Below, piece after piece: positions 45,592-54,670 of a stretch of 64,000 nt of DNA. The stretch's first letter is position 1. Each line of letters opens with the position of its first letter. The notes below the pieces were generated by a model. It had not been told where the DNA came from. It worked only from the letters and a program-made list of their open reading frames with translations, and made no database searches. Position numbers and translations under genes: made by a program. The stretch comes from a virus. Lineage: Duplodnaviria; Caudoviricetes. The stretch is taken from positions 128,001 to 192,000 of the IMG/VR virus record IMGVR_UViG_3300034053_000029. One strand, written 5' to 3'.

Positions 45592-46551
45592 TTACCATTC
45601 AATTACTACGAAACCATCACCACCGGCACCGGAACTTCCACCACTATACCCATACCCTCCGCCCCCTCCGCCCCCCGCACCGCCTGCGCCTCCGTAGGAC
45701 CACTGATTCTGTACGTTTACCCACCCAGCCCCTCCGCCCCCCGCACAAAATCCTCCACGACCTCCATAACCTGTTCCACCGTCTGTAGAAGTCCAAATTG
45801 ACCCTCCACCACACCCCGGGTCTCCTGGATTTGCAGTGCCCTGTCCCGACGCAACAGCGCCGCCCGCACCTGTAAATATAAAAGGAGAATAATGTATATT
45901 AGAACCTATTGCTGTACCTGAGGCTGCTCTAGTACCACAACCGTTATCTGCCTGATACCCCGTTCCTACAGGATAAAAGTATACGCTAGAACCGCCATGC
46001 GTTAGAAATGTATTTGCGGGGCCTATAGCAGCGGATGGCGGGGTCCCCCACACTCCCCCAGCTGCACCTCCACCCCCTACAGCAGCAGCGGCAGTATTTG
46101 TAAATGTTACTGCTGCACCTCCAGTAACATTTAAGTCCCCATTAAGCGCAGTACCTCCAGTACCCCCATTACATTGAACTGAACTAGCAGAGCGCTGTCC
46201 GGCTCCCGCCCCTCCTCCCGTAATAGTATATCCCCCATACGTTACTGTGGTACTACCCCCGCCATTTCCATTCCCTACTCCCGAGACTGCAGCACCACCA
46301 GCCCCTATAACTATAGTAAGTCTATCTCCTGGTACAGTATTGAAGGTTTTAATAGCACATCCCCCTCCTCCGCCTCCTGTAACTCTGCCGCCACTTGCAG
46401 GAGTAGAGTACCCTCCGCTCCCCCCTGCACCGGTAGCATGTACTCTAATCTTATATACATCTGGAGGGACTATCCAGGTAGTTGATATAGGAATTAGTAC
46501 TATATTACTATAGTTACCCAATTTCCCATTCTTATAATCAAAAGCACCCAT
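45592..46551 (-). CDS. Glycine-rich tail fibre tip domain protein
   Basis: WIVPPDVYKIRVHATGAGGSGG...GGGGGG; ends GAGGDGFVVIEW. Confidence 0.78.
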   Translation of the reverse strand: MGAFDYKNGKLGNYSNIVLIPISTTWIVPPDVYKIRVHATGAGGSGGYSTPASGGRVTGGGGGGCAIKTFNTVPGDRLTIVIGAGGAAVSGVGNGNGGGSTTVTYGGYTITGGGAGAGQRSASSVQCNGGTGGTALNGDLNVTGGAAVTFTNTAAAAVGGGGAAGGVWGTPPSAAIGPANTFLTHGGSSVYFYPVGTGYQADNGCGTRAASGTAIGSNIHYSPFIFTGAGGAVASGQGTANPGDPGCGGGSIWTSTDGGTGYGGRGGFCAGGGGAGWVNVQNQWSYGGAGGAGGGGGGGYGYSGGSSGAGGDGFVVIEW

Positions 46552-46553
46552 GA

Positions 46554-46964
46554 TTAGTATGCTCCACCAAATGCAGCAACATTAACCAGTTGACTAGCCA
46601 CTGTACTTGTAGCATATAGCTTAAAGTTAGGACCAAATATTACACTATCATATGTTTTACTAGTAGTGAAACCTGATGCGGTTGTACTAGGTGTTACTAC
46701 TGTTACAACGAATTCATCAAATACATAAGCATCCGTTCCATCATATGCCCATATGATGACTACACCTGCTAGTGTGGTTCCATTTCCAATCAACGAGATT
46801 TTATCCAAACGGATTCCATTAGTATTGGTATTTGGAGTGATTAGAACGCCGTTAGTAGGAACAGCCGCTGCGGACTTCGATCTTGATGTATTTGCCGTAG
46901 CAGATACCGCATTAGTAATACCAAAAGGCGTCTGTGCAAAAATAGGTGTTGATGTTACTGGCAT
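46554..46964 (-). CDS. Hypothetical virion-module protein
   Basis: 136-aa beta-rich ORF, tightly packed in the operon. Confidence 0.65.
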   Translation of the reverse strand: MPVTSTPIFAQTPFGITNAVSATANTSRSKSAAAVPTNGVLITPNTNTNGIRLDKISLIGNGTTLAGVVIIWAYDGTDAYVFDEFVVTVVTPSTTASGFTTSKTYDSVIFGPNFKLYATSTVASQLVNVAAFGGAY

Positions 46965-47396
46965 TTAAAATCCTCCGAAATTAGCAGCAAGATATAAGTT
47001 GCCACCTGTTGATACTGAATTTAAGTTTGTTGCTCCCGTACCGCCGTTAGCAATGGGTAGGATGAAACCTGCATTTAGTTTTGGCACAGTAACAGCACCA
47101 TCCTGAATCGAAATTGTTTCAACCGTATTATCTGCAGGTTTATACAAAGCTCCCATTGCCAAACCAACTACGGTAATATTTACCCCATTTGGTGGAGCAG
47201 AAGTAAATGTTAATGTAGTACCAGATATCGTGTAATCTGTGGTTGGTCTTTGTTGAACACCGGAGAGAAATACGATAACGGTATTAACGGTTCCTGGTGT
47301 CCATGTCAAAGTATGAGCAGTTGTTGTTCCATTACCAGTTGCAGTATAAATTGGAACATTCAAATACTTCGGTTGATTTCCTACATAGGTACTCAT
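46965..47396 (-). CDS. Fibre-like protein with baseplate-wedge-type repeat
   Basis: YVGNQP, TGNGTTTA.TL, V.LSGVQQRPTTDYTISGTTLTFTSAPPNG. Confidence 0.72.
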   Translation of the reverse strand: MSTYVGNQPKYLNVPIYTATGNGTTTAHTLTWTPGTVNTVIVFLSGVQQRPTTDYTISGTTLTFTSAPPNGVNITVVGLAMGALYKPADNTVETISIQDGAVTVPKLNAGFILPIANGGTGATNLNSVSTGGNLYLAANFGGF

Positions 47397-47752
47397 AGTG
47401 ATTTAGCCAATTCAAAAAGGTTGGTTAATTGCTCTTCTGATATATTTAATGCAGTTGCCCTCTCGATAACTTGTGGATGATTTGATTCAATTTGAGTGGA
47501 GAACTCCCACCAGTCTTTAAGGTCTTGATCACCAGAAGATACTGCAGATTCGACTTGAGAACGTAGATTTGAGGCTGTTAGAGCTTGGCGAATCTGTCTT
47601 GGCGAAACGATGATTGGTTGCGGCGGAATTGGATCGGCGGGTTCGATGGTGATGTCATCAGGGAATGCAGAGCGCAGACCTGAAATACGACATATACCAT
47701 CTTCATCGAACTGTTGAACCATACCATCAGCAGCGTATTTGTAAGTCTTCAT
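47393..47752 (-). CDS. Fibre assembly chaperone-like protein (start reassigned to MKTYKY)
   Basis: VSPRQIRQAL....LRSQVE, WWEFSTQIE.NHP, L..LF.LAKSL; ATGA overlap. Confidence 0.68.
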   Translation of the reverse strand: MKTYKYAADGMVQQFDEDGICRISGLRSAFPDDITIEPADPIPPQPIIVSPRQIRQALTASNLRSQVESAVSSGDQDLKDWWEFSTQIESNHPQVIERATALNISEEQLTNLFELAKSL

Positions 47753-49461
47753 AGTTCTGCGCTCCATCCGAGATACGCTGCATTGCCGTTAGTTGCGTCA
47801 GTTCGTATTTGACAAGCATGACCAGGGGTAAGAACTGACGCAAAATTAAATGTGGTGGACGCAAAATGTTGAGTAGCAACATTGAATCCAGGGATGGCAT
47901 TACAAACCACCGTAGAACCTGCTACTACAGCAGCATAATGACTCCCACTACCAGATTGTTCTAAAGCACTTGGTGGAATTCGCATCGGCACAGGGAAATG
48001 TGTACCACCAAAAGCGGTCGATGAAGTCCAAACCATACCATTAGCAATACCAACTCCATTATTTCCAGGAGCAATTCGATAGTAATACCTCTGACACAGA
48101 GCCAACTCCACACCATAAGGACGGCGCTCAAACGGTGTTGCCACTGTCCCGGATTCTACTTGCACATCTTCAAGGGTAAAACTATCATCTGCACCGGCAG
48201 TTCCACTTGGCGTATATCCGAATCGCAAACCCAATTCATTAACTGCACTTGATAACGGGACAAAAGAAGTGAACGTAAATTTGGTTAGTGTAGTTGTGGT
48301 GTTTGGTATATTTACCGACCCAACTGTGGCAAATCCGGTATATGCTCCACCAATAATACCAGTCGCAGCCTCTTGATCTATTCCTGTGCCTGAAACCAAA
48401 ACTGCTTGTAAGATCGTGCCTGAAAAGTTTGCTCCAACTTTAACCCAAAACGAAACGGTTACATATTCATCGTGCATACCCCATACGTTTTTAGATTCAA
48501 TTGCTTGGCAAATGTATGCACCCAAACCAACAGTAGCATCACCGGCGTTTCTTTGATACTTTAATGCGTACTTCTTTCTCGACCCAGCAACGACACTCAC
48601 TGTATTGTTTGCTGAACTATAACGATATGCAAACCACCTATCTGCGGTATATACTTTAGTATCTGCTGCCACGGCAATTGATGAACCACGTTGCCAAGGA
48701 TTGGTTGCGAAGTCGCCACCAATGATTTTGTTCCTAAAATTGAACGATCCTGCGGCTTGCAAATATGGATTAGAATCTGAACCAATACTAGATGAAGAAT
48801 TAGGTATTCCGCATAATAGTTTCTCTATAGAAGACGGTCTGGTTTCAAATGGGGTTGCTGCTTGTCCGGCTTCTAATTGAACTAGCGCAAGATCAATAAT
48901 TCTAGCTGCAGGAATAGATGTCAATCCGCCAAAAGTAAGACTAAGGTGATCATCCCCTCCAGAAACTGTTTTACCAGAGATTGAAGGAACAGAAAACGTA
49001 ACGGTGAATAACTGCCAAGATGTATTCAAGTTTACCGTTGTGTCTCCTATGTTGTATACTGCTGTTGATCCAGTTGATCCATAGTATTGATTAAGTGACA
49101 CTGAAAATGTTGTTGCTGAATCTGATTTAGCATAAAATGATACAGTAGCAGTACTACCAGAAAGAGTTGATACTTGTGCAATTCTTTGCGATATCGATTT
49201 GGATGCAGCACCTGAACCTATAGTTAAATAGTACGTTGGATTATACGGAACACTCGTTTGTCCAACGGTAAAAGCATTTCTTGAGACTGTGAATGCTGAA
49301 ACAGAGTAACCGTACCACATATCGGCAGTATAAGTTCCTGAAGTGCTAGAAATGCTCGTTCCACGTTGCCAGATATCGAACGTACCATTAATAATTTTAT
49401 TTCTAAAACCAAGAGTTCCACCTTCTACTGATAATAACCCATTATTGACTGTCTGAGTCAT
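47749..49461 (-). CDS. Tail fibre protein with two carbohydrate-binding-like modules
   Basis: FRNKIING.F.IWQRG...Y.AD.W present twice; VQ(L/V)E.G..ATPFE.RP; ELALCQRYY. Confidence 0.8.
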   Translation of the reverse strand: MTQTVNNGLLSVEGGTLGFRNKIINGTFDIWQRGTSISSTSGTYTADMWYGYSVSAFTVSRNAFTVGQTSVPYNPTYYLTIGSGAASKSISQRIAQVSTLSGSTATVSFYAKSDSATTFSVSLNQYYGSTGSTAVYNIGDTTVNLNTSWQLFTVTFSVPSISGKTVSGGDDHLSLTFGGLTSIPAARIIDLALVQLEAGQAATPFETRPSSIEKLLCGIPNSSSSIGSDSNPYLQAAGSFNFRNKIIGGDFATNPWQRGSSIAVAADTKVYTADRWFAYRYSSANNTVSVVAGSRKKYALKYQRNAGDATVGLGAYICQAIESKNVWGMHDEYVTVSFWVKVGANFSGTILQAVLVSGTGIDQEAATGIIGGAYTGFATVGSVNIPNTTTTLTKFTFTSFVPLSSAVNELGLRFGYTPSGTAGADDSFTLEDVQVESGTVATPFERRPYGVELALCQRYYYRIAPGNNGVGIANGMVWTSSTAFGGTHFPVPMRIPPSALEQSGSGSHYAAVVAGSTVVCNAIPGFNVATQHFASTTFNFASVLTPGHACQIRTDATNGNAAYLGWSAEL

Positions 49462-49462
49462 A

Positions 49463-49804
49463 TTATGCTGCCTCTAACACGCTAAGAACACAATCAGCAC
49501 TTGATGCAATACTAGAAACAACATTCACCACATCACCACTCTTGATAACAACTTTATCGGCATCACCAGAAATAACCACAATACTACCACCAACAGGAAC
49601 GTCTGCTCCCATCGTACCATTTGTTGGACCACCCACCAAATAAACATCACCAGTTCCACCTATAGTCACATATGCAGAAACCTTAATTAAGTTTGCGGTT
49701 CTATTTGTAATTCTCATACCGATAATTACGTCGGTCGAAGTTGCAGTCCTAATTCCAGATGCACTCGTACCTATATTAATTGCAGCATATCTATTAAAAG
49801 CCAT
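49463..49804 (-). CDS. Small conserved virion protein of T4-like phages
   Basis: IIG..I.N.T...I.VSA, VP.GGS..VI.G..KVVIKSGD...V.SS...S.D..LSVLE. Confidence 0.7.
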   Translation of the reverse strand: MAFNRYAAINIGTSASGIRTATSTDVIIGMRITNRTANLIKVSAYVTIGGTGDVYLVGGPTNGTMGADVPVGGSIVVISGDADKVVIKSGDVVNVVSSIASSADCVLSVLEAA

Positions 49805-49824
49805 TTAAATTATCCTCTGTTTTA

Positions 49825-50808
49825 TCAACCTAAAGCAATTGCCATCGCAGTTGCATAATCATTTGTTGCTAACGTTCCTGCCAATGGTGGCAACGTAATA
49901 TTTCCATTAACACCTTGAATCAACGTAGTTTGTCCCACTTTAGTTTTACCTGTTGGAAGTTGAACCGCAGTTGCACTCGTGGAACCAATCGTAATCGTTC
50001 CTGTAGTAGCACCACCAAGTGTTATCGCTTGACTTCCCGTTGCAGGGAATAATGAAACTGCTCCGGTTGATCCTGTTGCCCCAACCGTAAATGTGCCTGA
50101 AGTTAATCCAGTTGCAACCGTAATATTTGTTGTAGTATTTCCTGCAAATAATGATGCTGCTACGTTACCTGCAGTAATATCACCACCAGATACCGTCAAG
50201 TCTCCACCAATGGCAACGTTACCTGTTGATGGATTAATGTTGAAACTTGAATTAGTTGCCGTAGCTACCGATACACCTTGAGTTGTTGCAAATACAGGGT
50301 AGTAAGTTGCAGAGGTCGTATTATTGGAACCACCAATGGTTACTCTTGCACCATTAATCGTGGTTGTTCCTTGATTCAATATGGTAATAGCATTATCTGG
50401 AGTGACTTCTTCGGTGTCTCCTGCAGCAGCACTAATTCTACCTAGAATACGATATTGGGCAGAGATGTTTTGCATCTTTGCATAGGTAACGGCATCATCC
50501 GTAATACCTGCAGTGACTATCGTACCCCATGTTGGAGCAGCACCATTAGTTCCTGTACCAGTTTGAGTTAAGTATTTTGGAGTAGTAGTTGTATTTGGAG
50601 CCAACATCGTTGTAACGTCAGCACCAGATTGATATGGGATAGAACCTAGTAAGGTAGTAGAGTTGCCGCCTTCCAAATTGGGCACGGAAAATGAATCAGC
50701 ATCTTGAAATGCAAGTGATCCTACGTCGGCAGCAGTTAAAACTTCTGTTGGGCCTGAACCCGTAATAATCTTGTTTCCAAGACTAATACCTTCTTTTACC
50801 TTAAACAT
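49825..50808 (-). CDS. Tail fibre-like protein
   Basis: GSIPYQSGA..T.ML, VTYAKMQN, ILGR.S...GD.EE, FNINPSTG; ends ATAMAIALG. Confidence 0.75.
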   Translation of the reverse strand: MFKVKEGISLGNKIITGSGPTEVLTAADVGSLAFQDADSFSVPNLEGGNSTTLLGSIPYQSGADVTTMLAPNTTTTPKYLTQTGTGTNGAAPTWGTIVTAGITDDAVTYAKMQNISAQYRILGRISAAAGDTEEVTPDNAITILNQGTTTINGARVTIGGSNNTTSATYYPVFATTQGVSVATATNSSFNINPSTGNVAIGGDLTVSGGDITAGNVAASLFAGNTTTNITVATGLTSGTFTVGATGSTGAVSLFPATGSQAITLGGATTGTITIGSTSATAVQLPTGKTKVGQTTLIQGVNGNITLPPLAGTLATNDYATAMAIALG

Positions 50809-50845
50809 GTCGTCCCTTTATTCAATCAGAAATGTTTGTATTCAT

Positions 50846-50853
50846 TATTTATA
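50846..50853 (-). promoter_or_regulatory. Late promoter TATAAATA
   Basis: Perfect consensus, intergenic, within the inverted repeat gtttgtat/atacaaac. Confidence 0.72.
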
Positions 50854-50857
50854 CAAA

Positions 50858-53800
50858 CTAACTTGTGACTCTTGTAATATCTCGTAGTTGATCTTCGGAT
50901 AGCTTATCTGCATAATAGATGAACTTTGAAACGTGCCCATTTGTTTGCGCTCCACCTGAAAGATTACCAATTCCCAATTGATTCATTGTTGGAAACCCTT
51001 CTAATGTAGAATCTATACTTCCCTTGGTTCCATCTGCAGCACCAAGAAGTGTCGTTTGATCGTATGAACATGCAATAGTATTAAATGATCCAGAAGTTGT
51101 AGTTACGCCAGTAGTGTATCCTCTAGACAAACTATTATCCCATACACTCCAATATGAGTTATTTCCTGCAGTAGCGCATAAGCATTGGATACATTCGGTT
51201 TGACCAGTACCATCGTTTATTGCTATTAATCTAGGGAAAGCAGATACTGATGAGTTGTATACTACATTACCTCTTACGATTATTGATCCTTCATTCTTGT
51301 TGAACCATGAAGTGAAATTCGTACCTGTCATGGTGGCAACGTCTGCTGCTCTTGTCGTTGATCCTGTAGCTAAATTTGGAATATATGACGTTGGGAATGC
51401 ACCTGCTTCTAATTGTGCACCCCAAACATAAAAACTTGTTGTTGTGTCGAAGTTATTAAATTGAGTTGTTCCTGTAGATTGAATAGATAATGCCCATCTA
51501 CCTAAAGTGGAAACCGTTCCTGCAGTACCAGTAATAGTTATTCTATACCAACCATTACCAACTGAAGTTATTGATGATGTCGCATTTGCCCCTGTACCAT
51601 ATGTTACTGCTGCTCGACTAATTGTTCCGTTCAATAAATCAAATGTAGTCGTTACGCCATTGGTTGTTGCATTATCATCAAATGTAAATGAAACATATCT
51701 AGCATCATTTTGTTTGATGTAACATGACGCAGTATATGTAGTTCCTGCAGTAATTGATATTGCACTAGTTGGAGCAATAATCTTTAGTGTCGCACCGGAA
51801 ACACCGGTAATCGTTTCTGATGTTGTGTTTCCTGCCGGAGTAACTATTGAATTAGCTAATGCTGTCACATTAGCTTTAGTCCAATTTGCATGAGTAAAAT
51901 CTTCACTATATGTTATGTAGTTAGTCCTACTCTCTTCCACCAACAACCCAAGATTCTTCAACGTGACGGGATCATAATCAAATCTTGCCACGTTTGCAGC
52001 AGCAGTTCTCATGACACCTAGCTTATCGAAATATGTTGCACAAGTAGTTGCATCAGCACGAGTGAATGTGATGCCTCTTGGTATCTCACTCATACGATCA
52101 AAATGGAATGCCAACGTTGGAGTGTTTCTAGTTTGAATCGAATCAGAAACCATCTCTTGAAGTTTTGACGTTGGCACTTGTTCACCATAAATCATAACTT
52201 TATCGATATAACCGTGCCAAGGAGAACCACCAGATACATAGGCACCAATTCTCAAAATAGAACAACTTGGTAAAGTTTTACCAGAGACAGAAACGGGAAC
52301 TCTATTATCTAAAACTGTGGTTACGATTCCATTACCAACAGTTAGTCCATGATTGAATCTGGTTCCTCGAACGATAGACTCATTATTCGGATGACTATTA
52401 AATTGTGAAACACTATTATCAAATATTTCCGTATACAATCTTGGAAAATTCTGATCATATGTTAAATGGATACGTTCTGCTGCAGAATCATTAGATAGCG
52501 AATAAATTGTTGGATATGCAGTACCACTAGTTTGTCCCAAATATGTTCCTGAACAAAGTACGGTATATTCTGCAGATGATGATGTGTTAAACCAATTTGT
52601 GAATGTCGTTCCTGACACGATACAATTTTCTGCTTGTCTTGTTACTGCTGTGGTTGTTGTTGGGATATATGATGTTATAACACTCCCAATTTCAAGTTGC
52701 ATACACCTATATTGAAATCCAGAAGAACCATCTGCAGTATATGTGGCAGTATTTGCTTCGTTATAGCACTGAATATAAAATCTATTTTTTGTTCTTAGTA
52801 ATGCTTGTTGAGTATATCGAACTATCCAAGTAACATACCACATACCACAAGGCATTAGTGTTGCCGATGGTGCTTGAATTTCCGTCCATCCACCAGAATA
52901 TGCTTTAAGCGAAAATGTTCCAGCAGATGCATCAAATAATACTAAGGCATATAATATATTTCCATTTCCTGCATCAACTGCATCAATTACAATATATGGT
53001 TTGTAGTTTAATGGACCAAAATTCTTAAAATATCCAGAGAATGCGAAATCAGTAGTACCACCGGCAGAAGTTCCGTTTGCAAATTGTTCTCCACCGTTAC
53101 CTCTAGTTGGGAACGAAACTGCACCTGCAGTTGGTACAAATTTATATGCTAAATTACCATCAGGTCCAATAGCAGTTCCAGTGCTAACAGTACCTAAAGA
53201 TGCGCTAGTTGCTGTATTGAAAATACCATTAGTCCTACTAGGTTCCATCAACAAACCTTTACATTCCAACGTTGCGGGATCATAATCGATTCGAGGTTGA
53301 TCATTGGTTGCGGTTCTCAGTACTCCGGTTTTATCGAAGTACGTTGCAACAGCATCATTTCTTGTGAATTGAATATTTGGTTGGTATATGTCACCCTTAC
53401 CAAAGTTAAACTCTTGAGATTCCTTTGGATAATATTCAAGTTGATTAAGAGAAAGTGATCTTAGTTGATTATTCGTTAATCGTTTTGGGTAGTACCTTAT
53501 TGAATTAATACATCCATTCCAAATTTGATCACCATCACCAATTTCCAATCTATCCATTGTTGGTAATGATGTTGCATTAGAACTTGTTGTGATCGAACTG
53601 CCATCAAATATTGAAGCATGATCAGAAACTTTATAACCAGTTGCTGAAGTAAAATTTGTATTAGCTACAGAGGTCATTGTCGCACTATACAAAGAAACGT
53701 TTGCAACTTTAACCGTCGAAGTGATAGTCATCGAACTAGGATTATTGTATATTAATATTGAATTTGTTGTACTAGCAGAGTTTGATATGTTCAATGCAGC

Positions 53801-54670
53801 AGGGTATGTTGTTGCGGCAGCAGGGTATGGTCTTTGTGCAGTAATAACAACCGATCCTTCACTCTGGTTATACCATGAAGTGAAATTAGTTCCTGTCATG
53901 GTGGCAGAATCTGCTTGTCTTACCGTAGTTCCTGATCCTAAATTTGGAATGTATGAAGTAGGAAATGCTCCAACTTCAACTTGAGCGCCCCAAACGTAAA
54001 CCGTACCAGTTCCTGTACCACCAAGACCCCAATCTTCTAATTGCACTCTTGGATCAAATCTTGTTGCTCCAACTTGAGTATTTTGAACGGTAATTGATAC
54101 CCTAAACCACCCATTTCCAACGTTGGTGATTGTATGTGATCCAGTGCTACCAGCTAACATCGTACCAACACCAGCCGTACTAATTTTAACACCATATGAC
54201 AACCAGGCAGAACCATTATAATACCCACCCCAAATAACAGGTAGTGGGGCCGTACCATGTTTCAAGAAAACTGAAAATGTTCTGTAAAGATTATCTGCAC
54301 TTGTCACGCCAGAAGTTACTGATAGTGCCGAATAACCTTCTGCTGCAGCATTTGTGTCAGTTAATCTATCTGCATTATTTGATCCATCTGGAGCAACTGT
54401 ATCAGCAGTATTTGTCGCAACAGTTATGTTTGAGTTTCCCCAAAGACTAAAATCTTCACTGTAAACTGCTAAATTGGTTCTCGACTCTTCCACCAACAAA
54501 CCCAAAGAAACCTTCGACACAGGATCATGATCGAATCGAGGAATGTTTGCAGCAGCAGTCTTTAATATGCCATTACGATCAAAATAAGTACCCACACTAT
54601 TTCTAGTGAAGGTAACTCGTTTATCTAATTTCTTTGTTTCAGCAAAATTCAGATTCAATGATGGAAGCAT
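50858..54670 (-). CDS. Head spike/fibre protein with three tandem LamG-like modules
   Basis: Three copies of F.R....TYFD..G..RTA....R.D.DP...GLL.E.SRTN...GAQ.E.G...TSYIP...TRxAD. Confidence 0.8.
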   Translation of the reverse strand: MLPSLNLNFAETKKLDKRVTFTRNSVGTYFDRNGILKTAAANIPRFDHDPVSKVSLGLLVEESRTNLAVYSEDFSLWGNSNITVATNTADTVAPDGSNNADRLTDTNAAAEGYSALSVTSGVTSADNLYRTFSVFLKHGTAPLPVIWGGYYNGSAWLSYGVKISTAGVGTMLAGSTGSHTITNVGNGWFRVSITVQNTQVGATRFDPRVQLEDWGLGGTGTGTVYVWGAQVEVGAFPTSYIPNLGSGTTVRQADSATMTGTNFTSWYNQSEGSVVITAQRPYPAAATTYPAALNISNSASTTNSILIYNNPSSMTITSTVKVANVSLYSATMTSVANTNFTSATGYKVSDHASIFDGSSITTSSNATSLPTMDRLEIGDGDQIWNGCINSIRYYPKRLTNNQLRSLSLNQLEYYPKESQEFNFGKGDIYQPNIQFTRNDAVATYFDKTGVLRTATNDQPRIDYDPATLECKGLLMEPSRTNGIFNTATSASLGTVSTGTAIGPDGNLAYKFVPTAGAVSFPTRGNGGEQFANGTSAGGTTDFAFSGYFKNFGPLNYKPYIVIDAVDAGNGNILYALVLFDASAGTFSLKAYSGGWTEIQAPSATLMPCGMWYVTWIVRYTQQALLRTKNRFYIQCYNEANTATYTADGSSGFQYRCMQLEIGSVITSYIPTTTTAVTRQAENCIVSGTTFTNWFNTSSSAEYTVLCSGTYLGQTSGTAYPTIYSLSNDSAAERIHLTYDQNFPRLYTEIFDNSVSQFNSHPNNESIVRGTRFNHGLTVGNGIVTTVLDNRVPVSVSGKTLPSCSILRIGAYVSGGSPWHGYIDKVMIYGEQVPTSKLQEMVSDSIQTRNTPTLAFHFDRMSEIPRGITFTRADATTCATYFDKLGVMRTAAANVARFDYDPVTLKNLGLLVEESRTNYITYSEDFTHANWTKANVTALANSIVTPAGNTTSETITGVSGATLKIIAPTSAISITAGTTYTASCYIKQNDARYVSFTFDDNATTNGVTTTFDLLNGTISRAAVTYGTGANATSSITSVGNGWYRITITGTAGTVSTLGRWALSIQSTGTTQFNNFDTTTSFYVWGAQLEAGAFPTSYIPNLATGSTTRAADVATMTGTNFTSWFNKNEGSIIVRGNVVYNSSVSAFPRLIAINDGTGQTECIQCLCATAGNNSYWSVWDNSLSRGYTTGVTTTSGSFNTIACSYDQTTLLGAADGTKGSIDSTLEGFPTMNQLGIGNLSGGAQTNGHVSKFIYYADKLSEDQLRDITRVTS

